From positions 23,994,001 through 24,058,000 of the forward strand of contig CM075989.1 of the NCBI GenBank assembly GCA_038087875.1: DNA of 64,000 nucleotides. Direction: 5' to 3'. This DNA is from Malacoraja senta. Its lineage: Eukaryota. The translations under genes and the position numbers were made by a program. How positions within the stretch are numbered: position 1 is the stretch's first letter; each line of letters opens with the position of its first letter. Shown here piece after piece: positions 12,669 to 26,280 of the stretch. The notes under the pieces were generated by a model. That model had not been told where the DNA came from and searched no databases. It saw only the letters and a list, made by a program, of their open reading frames with translations.

Positions 12669-12807
12669 CAGTTATAAAAACATTCTTACCTTCTCATATT
12701 TTCACCATCTTTCCCCACCTCTCATTGATATGAGATCTAGTTTTGAGGAAAGCATTGGCCAATGTTACAGGGATTTTCAAATACCAAGTTTGACTTAAGT
12801 TTTAGAA

Positions 12808-13093
12808 GCGGCACGGTGGCGCAGCGGTAGAGTTGCTGCCTTACAGCGCCAGAGACCCGGGTTCGATCCTGACTACGGGCGCTGTCTGTACGGAGTTTGG
12901 ACGTTCTCACCGTGACATGCGTGGGTTTTCTCCAGGCGCTTCAGTTTCCTCCCACACTCCAAAGTCATGTAGGTTTGTAGGTTAATTGGCTTCTGTAAAT
13001 TGTGGCCAGTGTGTAGGGTGGAACGAGTGTACGGGTGATGGCAGGGCAGCGCGGGCCGAAGGGCCTGTTTCCACACTGTACCTCTCAAACTAA
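12808..13093 (+). mobile_element. tRNA-derived V-domain SINE (HE1-like)
   Basis: A/B boxes (tggcgcagcgg; ggttcgatcc), V-like core gttctc..cgtg..tgcgtgggttttctcc, and a CR1/HER1-like tail gggccgaagggcctgtttcc. Confidence 0.85.
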
Positions 13094-13194
13094 AGGAAAT
13101 TTGCAAAGTGGAAGTTGACAGAAGTCCAGTAAACAGATAATATGCAGATAACAAGCAGCAACTTGCAATCTAACGATCTTTATCTTGTCTACAG

Positions 13195-13353
13195 GCTTCG
13201 TTCCGGTATCACATGCGTCTGTTGAAGGAGTGGAGGCGGACCAACCAGAAAGTTAAATTGCTTATTCCACGTTCACAAGTGGTGGTGAACAACTTGCCAA
13301 GCCTTCTAGCCCCAAACACAAGCATTATTGTTTCCAAAGAAACCATCGTCTGA
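13195..13353 (+). CDS. MARCHF3-like: MARCHF3-like terminal coding exon, PDZ-binding C-terminus ETIV
   Basis: tctacag|ASFRYHMRLLKEWRRTNQKVKLLIPRS...SKETIV*. The four exons sum to 756 nt (251 aa plus stop). AATAAA at 13675 and 14068. Confidence 0.95.
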   Translation, partial: ASFRYHMRLLKEWRRTNQKVKLLIPRSQVVVNNLPSLLAPNTSIIVSKETIV

Positions 13354-15127
13354 CTTCAGAAGGAACTGTCTTGAATCCTCTGCAGCTGGAAGAGGGACCA
13401 ATCTTCCAAGTTACAGCAAATAATAATGGAAAAATGGGTTAATAAGGTAGAACGAGCAATTAAATACCATGACCTTTCCATGAATACTGCTCCTTCTTAA
13501 ATATTCTGCTACCTGATTGCAGACTATTCAGCATTATCATATAACAGCAACAGAACAAAGATGAATATTAAAACTGGTGGTAAACTAATACTTCTTTGTA
13601 CCTGTTATTCAGTTTTCCTCCTTGAGAGTTCTTGTGCTGCTTCTCAAGGCTAATTACCTGAGCTGTCAGGTATAAATAAAGCATCGTTCTCATGGTGGAA
13701 ATTAAAATGACCACTCGCAACGAACTCTCTCAAGGTCTCTCTGTTAGACGACATCTGTTTCAGGTGAATCTTGCTGCATTTGATTCATTGTCTTGTAGGT
13801 TTAGCAACGGTCAGAATGCCACTAAACCACACAACCTGTGGCGCTATTGCAAGGTCGATTGTACGGCACTTTAAACAATGAGCAAAAACATTGGTATAGG
13901 TCACCACAAAAATTAAAAACCCTAACTATACTTAGTTTGATAAATCATTAATACAGAGGCTCAAAATATTATTTTAATATAAACTGAGAGAACATCTAAC
14001 ACAATGTTTCATTTTTCATTGTAATTTTGGTTTCATTTTTTTTTGAGTTGCAACAGTTTGATAAAATAATAAAAGTTGATTTTACTGCCTATTAACATTT
14101 TGAGTAAAGATGTTGAAATTGATACCTTTGTTAAAGAATAAAATAAATGTGGGACAGCTCAATATTTTGTGAATTTTAAGTGGAAAGTGTGAAATACAGT
14201 TATTTTTAATAGCATGTGAATTTAAAAAGTGACATTTTCAATTTCAAATCAATGTTTAGACTGGAAAACAAATTCTTGAATCCAAATATTCCATCTATAG
14301 GTGACATGGTGCAGGTTTAGATCATAGAGATAAACTAAAGGCTTTCCTACATTAAAAGTAATTTAATGNNNNNNNNNNNNNNNNNNNNNNNNNNNNNNNN
14401 NNNNNNNNNNNNNNNNNNNNNNNNNNNNNNNNNNNNNNNNNNNNNNNNNNNNNNNNNNNNNNNNNNNNNNNNNNNNNNNNNNNNNNNNNNNNNNNNNNNN
14501 NNNNNNNNNNNNNNNNNNNNNNNNNNNNNNNNNNNNNNNNNNNNNNNNNNNNNNNNNNNNNNNNNNNNNNNNNNNNNNNNNNNNNNNNNNNNNNNNNNNN
14601 NNNNNNNNNNNNNNNNNCCATTGAACTTTCCCCAACAGGAGGGGCTTAAGCAATTCCCCATCAATCAACCAACCAAGTTATGAATGACTGAGTTTGATCC
14701 AATGCCCATAATCTGCACGTAACCCTCCTCCATTCACTGTTTCCTTCTATGGAGTAGTAGGTATGAGCTTTAAGGAGAGGTTGGACAAATGTGGATGGCT
14801 TTGGTGTGTCAGAGACCTGCAAGTCATGAATACAATATGAGTGGTTTAGCATATGAAGATCAACTGTGTCAGTCGTGGCTTTTAATCAGACACATGGATA
14901 TGTGTGGATGGTGGAACTTGGAGCACGTGCAGCAGAGGAGGGCAGTTGTACTTGGCCCCATGTTTGGCATGGACATTGTGGGCCTGTTCCTGTGTTCTAT
15001 AGAAATTAGGCTTCTTTTATTGGGAAAGGTTGGTGCTTTTTATTTCCTTTGCACCATAAACAGGCGTGTGTTCTCAGTAAATTTACTTTAATAGCTAAAG
15101 GACAGTTTTCTGAATTCCAGCAAAATG

Positions 15128-15478
15128 AGTGTGTGTGTGTGTGTGTGTTTGTATGTGTGTGTGCATGCGTGTACGGGTGTGCATGCGTGAGTGTGTATGT
15201 ACGTGTGTGTGTGTACGTACGTGCGTGTGAGTGTGTATGTATGTGTGTGTGTATGTGCGTGTGTATGTACGTGTGTGTACGTGCGTGAGTGTGTGTGCAT
15301 GTGAGTGGATGTACGTGTGTGTGGGTGCGTGAGTGTATATGTACATGTGTGTGTGTATGTGTGTGCGCGTGAGTGTGTGTACGTGCGTGTGAGTGTATAC
15401 GTGTGTGTAGGTGCGTGTGAGTGTATGTACGTGAGTGTGTGCGGGAGTGTGTGCGTGTGAGTGTGTACGTGAGTGTGC
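15128..15478. repeat. Degenerate (GT)n microsatellite
   Basis: gtgt/gtac/gcgt mix. Confidence 0.9.
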
Positions 15479-15735
15479 TGAAGTTATTTTCTGTTCATTT
15501 TCTTTTAATCCAAGGCCATCATTGTAGGGGAGGGAGTGGAGAGGTCAGGGGTCAAATGACCGGCTGACAGTTTTAAAAAAATTGCAAGGAAGTGAGGGAA
15601 AAAAAAGAAAAATGTGTCATTGAACAAAGAATTGTTTTCTGATCTTAATCCCACTAGGAAGACTGTAACCCGGATTTAATCAGAAGACCTTGAATCTTCA
15701 AACAAGAAACCTAGTCAAACATAGGGATTAAATGT

Positions 15736-16040
15736 GGGCGGTCACGGTGGCGCAGCGGTAGAGTTGCTGCCTTACAGCGAATGCAGCGCCGGAGACCCGG
15801 GTTCGATACCGACTACGGGTGCAGTCTGTATGGGGTTTGTACATTCTCCCCTTGACCTGCGTGGGTTTTCTCCGGGTGCTCCGGTTTCCTCCCACAATCC
15901 AAAGAGGTGCAGGTTTGTAATATATTTGGCTTCTGTAGATTGTCCCTAGTGTGTAGGATAGAGCTGGTGTACAGGTGATTGCTGGTTGGCATGGACTCAG
16001 TGGGCCGAAGGGCCTGTTTCCACACTGTATCACGAAACTA
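15736..16040 (+). mobile_element. HE1-like SINE
   Basis: Same head, core and tail as 12808. Confidence 0.85.
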
Positions 16041-18396
16041 AAAAAAACAATTAGCCGGTTCTTCACAATCGTGGTTCCCCTTTAAGAGAGTGAATAACAA
16101 ACTGTTGAGTTACGAAATATTTTGAACAATGACTTGTTATTAAGTTTAAATTCTACTCTGGCAGTCAGTATTGACAATGATCCATGAGAAATTTTGGACC
16201 TGAAGAAAATACATGAATCTAATTCTGGCAAGATGCAGGGAAAGGAGAGACATGGACTATGTGGAGGCAGAGCAGATTAGTGTACCTTGGCAGTATATGT
16301 AACACAGACATTGTGAGCCGATAGGCCTGTTCCTGTGCTGTACCTTTCAGTTCTCTGTGGAATAGGTCTCTCGTTCGAGCTTGGCATACAATTTTAAAGC
16401 GGTTGTGCTAAATTGACATTTGAGATCAGGCAAGAAAGAAAAAAACATGTCCTCTCAGATTGCCAATGATCAACAAAGTTGTTGAAGCAACTCAGTTGAT
16501 TTCTCCCCACTAAATTTGAGGTACGTGTACACACAAGCTAACATGATGTGCATGCACAGGGTAACAGATACAACCACTACTTTAGGTTTCAAGTCTGCAT
16601 TTGTTCATGAACAGCAGTCGCGGGGTTGAATAGACTTTAAAAATGCAATTTATATGATTTATTTGCAGGAACAATAGATGCATCGAAATATTAGATTCTA
16701 ACCTTAAATCAGAACAGCAGTAAAAACCCAGACACATAATTGGGAGGGGGGGGAAAAAAACGAGTAAAAAGTTTGAGATTTTGGTCGGTAATACTTAGCA
16801 GACGAGCAAACAAACGTGAGAACAGGGTGAAAATAAAACACTTGCATTTACACATTTATTCCCATTGTAACAAGCTAAGTGGAGCTTTACTGAAGTGTGT
16901 TCTGTCTCTGAAATCGACCTTAATGGAATGGATTTCAGAAGGAGACTTCATAAGGGATTTACACTACCTACCATACAGTGTTTGTTAGCCCTACTGACCA
17001 AGTTCTCATTCTAGCATTGATATCTGAAAAAAACGACATTGAAAAAAATAATAGCAATTTAATAAATCTTGACTTTAACACGAGATAAATAATTTTGACA
17101 AAAGAATGAATTGCACAGGATTGTGTCAGAAGGAACTGCAGATGCCGGTTTACACGGAAGATAGGCACAAAATGCTGGAGTAACTCAGCGGGACAGGCAA
17201 CATCTCTGGATAGAAGGAATGGTAACATTTCGGGTTGAGACCTTTCTTCAGACTGATTGAAGGGTCTGAAGAAGGATCTGGACCCTAATTCCTCTGCCCC
17301 AGAGATGCTACCTGTACCCACTGAGTTACTCCAGCATTTTGTGTCTACCTTCAAATGAATTGTACACATCTAAAGCAATTTCTAAATATCAGAAACAAAA
17401 GTAAAATTAGTGAGACAAAACACTTTTAAAGGTCACTTCTATTAAATGTTCAGAGTTTCTGCATAATTTCTCCAGCGTTTATCATGTTTCTGCCAAAGCA
17501 ATTAACATTTTATTACACATATATCATATTTATTTACACAGATGCCTAAATGAATTAAGTAAAGAAAACTGCAGCATTTCAACAAAATTCCATGGGGCAG
17601 TGAGCTCGTTATAGAGAACACCACACTGATGGGGAGTTATTTGGAGAGATCAATTTCTCTCGTTTTCGAAATGAAAAGATTGACAGTTTATATTAAGCAG
17701 AAACAATTTAGATTGGTGTAGAGTTGATTCCATTCCAAGTCTTCAATGTAATTGAACCAACATTGGATTTATGAAGTTTCAAATCAAGGTATCCAAAATA
17801 CACTGCTGTTATCTTCATAAATAAACAAGACCTCTTCAAAATTAGTAAATGAAGTATAAATTAAATATATTTTATTTTAAGTAGAATGTGAAACCTTCAT
17901 TGTTATTCACACGCTAGCCAACTCAACTACTGAGTCGTGTAGGAAGGAACTGCAGATGCTGATTTAAATTGAAGATAGACACAAAATGCTGGAGTAACTC
18001 AGCAGGACAGGCAGCATCTCTGGAGAGAAGGAAAGTGTGATGTTTCGGGGAAGGGTCTCGACCTGAAACGTCACCCTTTCCTTCTCTCCACAGATGCTGC
18101 CTGTCCTGCTGAGTTACTCCAGCCTTTTGTGTCTACCTTCAATTACCGTGTCCTTGCATTTTCAAAAGGTGCGTGAAGAACAGTGGATATTTACCATTGT
18201 AGGGTTTGGAATCAACAGAAACCATCTGATAATATGATTATTTCACTTAAAGTGCCACTTGTAATAAGCAGTTTTTAAATTCAAATGCATTTCTGCTAAA
18301 ATAAATATTTCAGCATTCCAAGTCAGTTACATTCAATAATCATTAAAGTGAACTTGTCACTATGATGTTCATCTGCTGGAGGATTCTTCTCTGACG

Positions 18397-18438
18397 TCAC
18401 ATTATGGTGCACCCCGAGTCTTCATTCCCAGCATGACT
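18397..18438 (-). CDS. lmnl3: Lamin LIII terminal CaaX exon (LIIIa-type), SHAGNEDSGCTIM*
   Basis: ggtttccag|AGT CAT GCT...TGC ACC ATA ATG TGA; CaaX box CTIM, resembling the recalled amphibian LIIIa ending (SHQSVDPSCSIM). The full CDS from 58305 is 1827 nt (608 aa). AATAAA on - at 17871-17876. Confidence 0.88.
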   Translation of the reverse strand, partial: SHAGNEDSGCTIM

Positions 18439-18655
18439 CTGGAAACCAAGTAGAGCGTTGTCATTCAATGGTTTACTTTAATTTAGTTTTAGAGGTACAG
18501 CATTAAACAGGCCCTTCGGCCCACCGAGTCCGTGCCGACCAGCCATCACCCCGCACACGAGCACAATCCGAACACACTAGGGACAATTTACAGTTTTACC
18601 GAAGCCGGTTAACCAACAAGAAACCCGAGCACCCGGAGAAAACCCACGCGGTCAC

Positions 18656-19045
18656 AATAGACAATAGGTGCAGGAGTAGGCCGTTCGGCCCTTCGAGCCA
18701 GCACCGCCATTCAATGTGATCATGGCTGATCATCCCCAATCAGTACCCCGTTCCTGCCTTCTCCCCATGACTCCGCTACCTTTAAGAGCCCTATCTAGCT
18801 CTCTCTTGAAAGTATCCAGAGAACCGGCCTCCACCGCCCTCTGAGGCAGAGAATTCCACAGACTCACAACTCTCTGTGTGAAAAAGTGTTTCCTCGTCAC
18901 CATTCTAAATGGCTTACCCCTTATTCTTATACTGTGGCCCCTGGTTCTGGACTCCCCCAACATCGGGAACATGTTTCCTGCCTCTAGCGTGTCCAAACCC
19001 TTAATAATCTTATATCTTTCAATAAGATATCCTCTCATCCTTCTA
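18656..19045 (-). mobile_element. CR1 3' fragment adjoining/interrupting a SINE
   Basis: ORF 18730-19095 contains ESRTRGHS...FFTQRVVSLWNSLP. Confidence 0.85.
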
Positions 19046-19644
19046 CCAAGATCAAACTCTTGGTCCCTCTTTGCCGAGTTCCTACGTGCTCCCATTACTC
19101 AGAATCGCAAACATCTCAGGTAATTCTATCAACCTCTTCCTTTCATTTAATACCATCTTTAACTCATTTGGGGAAGTTTGTTTTTGCAATTTATGCATTA
19201 TTTCTTAAGATGCTGCCAACTGTCAAATAGTTCAATCTATTTTCCACTGTCACTCACCACTAACTCTTCCTTCATCTCCATGTGGTTTATTGTATTTAGG
19301 ATTAGGACTCCAGTTTGTGATGGAATTATATAGGTCAATGAAATTCTATTTTTGCCATTCTTATTATGTTAAATAGAATTATTGCCCTTTTCCTGCTTGG
19401 TTCCTCAATATATTGATTTAAAAACATCATCTTATTATTTTCAATATTCATATATTATATTCAACATTCATATTTTCAATGAATTTATGCTCCCTCTCAT
19501 TGTTGTTCATTTAAAGTGTTCAGTCCATGTCTTTCCCCCCATCAATACCATATTAATGGTCTCACTGATTTCCAATTACCTGATCTTTGCCATGCCCAAT
19601 ATTACAACTGCTATTTGATGTCCCCAAAATAATTCAGAATAATG

Positions 19645-19957
19645 GAGTCCAGAACCAGGGGGGTCACAGTTCAAGAATAAGGGGTCGGCCATTTAGGACT
19701 GAGATGAGGAAAACCTTTTTCACCCAGAGAGTTGTGAATCTGTGGAATTCTCTGCCACAGGAAGCAGTGGAGGCCAATTCACTGGATGTTTTCAAGAGTT
19801 ATAATTAGCTCTTCGGGCTAACGGAATCAAGGGATATGGGGAGAAGGCAGGAACGGGGTACTGATTCTGGATGATCAACCATGATCACATTGAATGGTGG
19901 TGCTAGTTCGAAGGGCTGAATGACCTACTCCTGCACCTATTGTCTATGTTTTTATGT
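19645..19957 (+). mobile_element. CR1 3' fragment
   Basis: FRTEMRKTFFTQRVVNLWNSLP plus CR1 3' UTR. Confidence 0.85.
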
Positions 19958-22900
19958 AATTCCTGAGTGCTTTGGCCATGTGCTATTTCTTTAGATCCAA
20001 ATTGATTCTAATTCTCCAATAAGATCATCCTAGCCAAGATAATTTCTTACCACTGCATTGTTTTCCCCACCCCTCCTCCCCCTCTTTATTAATAATGCTA
20101 CAATTTTTATTTTCTCATTTTTGCCTGTTCTTTCTAAACTAACTTTCTTTGAGTCAGTCTCCCTCTCCCAGCTTTGCCCAATCTCAACCATATTTCTGCC
20201 ATGGCCATTTTGTCCTACTATTGACCTTTGTGTATGCCATTAGTTTATCCAGCTTGTTGCGAATGCTCCAAGCATTTAGAAGATGCATACCACTATCTTG
20301 CCACGTCTTTGCTTGTATTCATCTTGCTTCCTATTTTTCTCGCCTTCCAATTGCTGTATTTTATTCTTCCTGTATTTCCCCTCATGGTTCCCATTTCCTT
20401 GCCAAAGAGAATACTCAACGAAAGTTTAAGAAGGAACTGCAGATGCTGGAAGAATTGAAAGTAGACAAAAAATGCTGGAGAAACTCAGCGGGTGAGGCAG
20501 CATCTGTGGAGAAAAGGAGCAGGCGATGTTTCGACCTACTCCTTCTCTCCACAGATGCTGCCTCACTCAAAGAAAGTTAATATTTAGAGAGAACAGGCAA
20601 AAATAAAGATAATTTGTAGCTTTATTAATAAGCAGTGCAGTAGCAAGAGATGGTCTTGGCTGGGATGATCTTATCAGAGAATTAGAATCAATGTGGATGA
20701 AGCTAAGAAATAGCAAATGGCTAAAGCACTCATAGGTTCACCCCCTTCCCGATAATACCTGTCCCCCTCTCCCACCAAAGGGTGTTGAGTGTTCACAGCG
20801 AGATGCAATGCATTCAATTGGTACGGGTTCCATCTGCCCACAAACTAGGTTTAATGCTCACACTCCTGCACATTTCTGTACATTAGTGTTTGGCACTGGA
20901 GATATTGCTGAAATGACTGCGCTTGATATCCTGATTTTTTAATCACTTTCATCACCCATTAAACTACAGGAGCTCATTCATCTCTTTACCTGTGTCGATG
21001 GTCTCAATACTGATGACTGAATATGGTCCCAATAGAGGAATCGGAACCATCCTACCAGCAACTAGAGAGCTGTAATGACTTACTATCGACTTCATTGAAG
21101 ACCCTTTGACTATCTTCAATTAGACAAAGATAGACACAAAAAGCTGGAGTAACTCAGAGGGTCAGGCAGCATCTCTATAGGAAAGGATCTATAGAGAAGT
21201 TTCGGGTCGAGAATCTTCTTCAAGTAGATACGGGTGAGGTGGCGGTTTTGGATGGCAGATGGGTGGACAAAGCCATGCTATGACGAGGAGACAAGGTGTC
21301 AGATAAGGAGAGAAGTGGGTGAAATGTGAAGCTGGAGGAAGGAAGAGAGATGGAAGGGGGCGGGGCGGAGGAATTAAATTGATAGTTATGTGGAAAATGA
21401 AAGTGAAAATGTTTAGACACGTTGCCTGACAGAAGGTGGGGAAGGGTCTCATTCGGAAAAAGAAATGATAACAGATTTGGCTCAGAACAGTTTGGAAGAT
21501 TCCTTTAATACAAAGAAAGATGAGTAACTGAAATGATATTTACCACAAATGTAACAAATGTATAAATGCTGGCCTTCTTATCTCAAAACAATTGTGATTA
21601 TTTAAGCTGATTAAAAGGTGGTCTTTCATTCTAACTATAAATACTTGGACTTATTTATACTGTCGGAATGCAAGGAAGATGTTCCTATTGACGATTCAAG
21701 GACCAGTTCAGTGTAGTTTATTGTCATGTGTACCGAGGTACAATGAAAAGCTTTTGTTGGCTGAGCAAAAGAGTTATTTTTAACATCAGAGACCAGTGTT
21801 GATCTGCTCACTTGCCAGGAGTGGTGGTGTCAGTATCAATCGGTGCCTCCCCACAAATGAACCTGATGGGCTTGGGAATGAAAATCACGTGCAGGGCTGG
21901 AGGGGACAGTAAGAGTGCACTATGAGGAGCTGCCATGGACTCGATGGGCTGAATGGCCTCCTCCTCCTCCTCCGCCGCCAGAACAATTCTACTCATGGGA
22001 GATTTGTTTTTAACCAAAACCACACAGATGATTAGTTGTAAAAGTGCCCACAATGCAGAACAGTGCAAAGAACAGGCAGCTTATTGACTTTTAGTTTCCA
22101 TTTAAGTTGTGGCTTTCAAATATTCAGGATTTCACAAGTGCTCCAAGACCAAGGAAATACTTCTGAAATGTCGTAACGCAGGCGATTGCTGAAGCCAAGG
22201 TTTCGCAAACGCCAATGAGAAATGTCCAGGTGACAATTTTAGGAATGTTCACTGCTGTGGAATGTTGGCAAGGAGACCGGGAAAATCTCCCACATCATTT
22301 TAAAGAGTGACTATATATTTTTGCAAGTCTGGGCCAGAACTTGAACATCTCAACTAAAGAGACTGGACCTCCGACTGACCTGAACCCAGGCAGTCCCACG
22401 AAGAGGGCAGAACATCAATACAAGCCTTGAATGGCAACAAGGATGGGCTAGACATGTGGATGGAATGATGAGGAGAGAGGATGAGTTCAGAGATCCTGGA
22501 AGGAATGACAATGGACAATAGACAACAGACAATAGGTGCAGGAGTAGGCCAATTCAGCCCTGCGAGCCAGCACCGGCATTCACTGTGATCATGGCGAATC
22601 ACAGTGAATGGATTAAGATCAAAGACAAGAAAGCTTTTCTCCATGTGTAGGAAGGAACTGCAGATGCTGGTTTACAGTAAAGATAGACACAAAATGCTGG
22701 AGTAACTCTGTGGGTCAGACAACATTTGTAGGAAGGAACTGCTGATGTTGGTCTAAACCGAAGATAGATACAAAAAGCTGGAGTAACTCTGTGGGTCAGA
22801 CAACATCTCTGGAGAGAAGGAATGGTTGATGTTTCATGTCGAGACCCTTCTTCAGACTGAGAGTCAGGGGAGAGGGAGTCTAGAGATATGGAAGGGTAAG

Positions 22901-25900
22901 GTGTGAAAAGGACATCTCAAACATGATATCAACAGCAGTCGACCTGCGTCATTCACATGTACACTAAGTTCCTTGGCTCCCTTCATAGTCTGGAAGTCCA
23001 CGCTACAAGCCACTTTGATCATTGGGAAGACACAACAGAGACTTGCTGGAGTCTAGGTGCCTGAACAGCCAGCAAACATGCAGGAGATGTATACAGCTGG
23101 AGTCCAGAATGGCAGCCTGCTCTCTGCCAAGATCATCAGAAGTAAAACTGAAAGGGAGACAACTCAAATAAAAAATCACTGTTGTCCTCAGACAGGAGAA
23201 GAAATGGGCCATGTTATATAAACTATTACAAAATGAAATCAGATTTCTGAATAAACTCCTTCACCTAAATCATAGTCTAAACATGAAAATGTGGCAGAAT
23301 CTATTGAATAGGATGTTTATACAACTGGTGAACAGGACATCAGGCAACGCGAATCCATCATTTGTTACTAGTTAGCGTTACTCATTATAGAACCATGTCT
23401 TCTCTCCATCATTTGTATTATGTCCACCAGTGATTGCAGCCCCGGCAGGCTTGCCAGAAATAATGTAGAATGTGTTCATACACCAGATCAGCTTCCTTCT
23501 TTAATCACTGCTGCAGTTGTTCACACCTCACCTACCTTCTCGTTCAAAGGTGAGAGTGTGACTTCCAAGCCAAGTAGTCAAGCTTGAGTAGCAAAAAGAA
23601 ATCCATGGAATGAAACCAGACTTTCACTCCGTCCCCCTCCCCCGTCACGGATCTGCTGCTGCTGTTGTTACAAAAAACTCTCAACCTTTCAGAATTTCAG
23701 ATTCAACTTGGCGCGGTTTACAGCACTGGGTGGAAGCACTCTTGCAGAAACAAGGAACTGCAGATGCTGGTTTATCAAGGAGAGATGCAAAATGCTGGAG
23801 TAACTCAGTGGGTCAGGCAGCAAAACGCTGGAGTAACTGAAGGAGTTTGAAGAAGGGTCTCGACACAAAACATCACCTATCCATATTCTACAGAGATGCT
23901 GCCCGACCCACTGAGTTACTCCAGCACTCTGTGAAACGTCACCTATCCATGTTCTCCACAGATGCTGCCTGACCCACTGACTTACTCCAGGACTCTGTGA
24001 AACATCACCTATCCATGTTCTCCAGAGATGCTGCCTGACCCGCTGAGTTACTCCAGCACTCTGTGAAACGTCACCTATCCATGTTCTCCACAGATGCTGC
24101 CTGACCCGCTGAGTTACTCCAGGACTGTGTCCTTTATTGAGCTGCTTGCTGAGTTTGCCCCTTGGTCAGGGTTGGTAGACAGGTGGTGTGACATCGGTCC
24201 CGCCGCTCCATGTGAAGTCCAACAAGAGATGGTGATCACAAGTGGTATCTGAGAATCCGCCTTTCCCCCTGCACATTGATCCAATCTTCCTACATTTCAC
24301 GAGCCATGTTTAGGTGTGCGGAGGAGAGACAGCAGCTGGCTGATGGAGAGGACAGAAGAGGTCAGGGAGGGTTGAGAAGGCTCGGTGGACCGAGGGACTG
24401 GGAGAGAGTTGGAGATGTCAGACGCCAGGAGCAAGGGCCAGTAGGAAGGTAATGTCTCCAGCGCCTTCGAGGTCAGCTGGCGGTGGTGCCCTGCGACACA
24501 AAGATGGCTGGACAATGAGATGGACGTTGGTTCATGGGAAATGCTCCTGTACATCGAGCGCGCGGGCCGACCGGACTTTGGACACGGCAGCAGTTTGGTG
24601 GCGCCGCATGTGTAGATGTGTAAAACAAACTTCACTGTGCAGTCACACATGTGATGTATAAAGCATCATTACACCATTGTGTAGGAAGGAACTGCAGATG
24701 CTAAATAACACCGAAGATAGACGTAAAATGCTGGAGTAACTCAGCGAGACAGATAGCATCTCTGGAATGGGTGACGTAGACCTGAAGCATCACCCATTCC
24801 TTCTCTCTAGAGATGCTGTCTGTCCCGCTGAGTTACTCCAGCATTTTGTCTCTGCCATCATTGACCCAATGATCCCAGCAATGGAGACCATTTGCTTACG
24901 GTGAGATTTACGAATGAAATCAGTGGAATGTGGAATTTTTAAAAATCACTAATTTATAATGGAATCAAAATACTTAGAAACCACATTTCCACCAGCCACA
25001 CTGCTGCCCTGTTGGACTGACAATGCATGATATGCAATTAGATAGAAAATTATACTCTGGCTTTTCAATCATTGCTTTAGGTTTTAATTCCCCAATGATT
25101 GGGGTGGAAACAAACAGGTACCTGATTCAAAATTGATTGTAAAACACGCCGAGAGTTGTGAATCTGTGGAATTCTCAGCCACAGAAGGCAGTGGAGGCCA
25201 ATTCACTGGATGTTTTTCAAGAGAGGGTTATATTTAGCTTAGGGCTAACGGAATCAAGTGATATGGGGAGAAAGCAGGAACGGGGTACTGATTTTAGATG
25301 ATCAGCCACGATCATATTGAATGGCGGTGCTGGCTCAAAGTGACGAATGGCCTACTCCTGCACCTATTGTCTATGTTTCTATGTAATGCGTCAGTGAGAG
25401 TTGCTTTATCCCAGTCATGGATTACTGAGTTTCCCAATCAATTAACTATACTCAACAGGCCCAATCATGTTCAATGTGTAGGAAGGAACTGCAGATGTTG
25501 ATTTAAACCAAAGATAGACACAAAATGCTGGAGTAACTCAGCGGGACAGGCAGCATCTCTGGAGAGATGGAATGGGTGACGTTTTGAGTCGAGACCCTTC
25601 TTCAGACTGAGAGTCAGGGGAGAGGGAACCAAAATATATAGACGGTATATAGAACAAATGAATGAAAGATATGCATATAGCAACGATGATCAAGGAAGGG
25701 GTGGAGCCCACAATGGTCCATTTTTGGCTGTGGGCTAGATGAAAACGAGTTATACAGACAATGAAACTCAACAGACGACAGTGAAACTAGTACAATGACA
25801 AGTGGGTGGGGGGCGGGGGGAGGGACGGAGAGAGAGGGGATGCAAGGGCTATTTGAAGTTAGAGAAGTCAATGTTCATACCGCTGGGGTGTCTGCTGCCC

Positions 25901-26280
25901 AAACGAAATATGTGGAGCTCTTCCTCCAATTTGTGTTCATCAATTTCTTTATTTTATTCTGGAAGCTGCTACTATCTATCTATTCTACACACTAGCGACA
26001 ATTTACAGAAGCCAATTAACCTACAAACATAGAAACATAGAAAATAGGTGCAGGACTAGGCCATTGGGGCCCTTCGAGCCAGCACCGCCATTCAATATGA
26101 TCATGGCTGATCATCCAGAATCAGTACCCCATTCCTGCTTTCTCCCCATATCAGTCATTGGAATGTGGGGGGGAAACCCGAGCACCCAGAGAAAACCCAT
26201 GCAGGTCACGGGGAGAACGTACAAACTCCGTACAGACAGCACCCGTAGTCGGGATCGACACTTTGCATTATTAGAACACT

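Noticed and set aside
12808-12880. tRNA-like sequences with A/B boxes
   Set aside because: SINE heads continuing into the V-core and LINE-derived tail; not tRNA genes.
23053-23146. Minus-strand segment after a good acceptor ending ...AGCSGT* (CaaX-like)
   Set aside because: Out of phase with lamin exon 10; phase 0 gives FYF*. No lamin similarity.
24297-24650. Ser-rich ORF as a lamin A-type exon 11
   Set aside because: The acceptor phase is incompatible with exon 10, there is no downstream donor before the stop, and no prelamin A cleavage motif.
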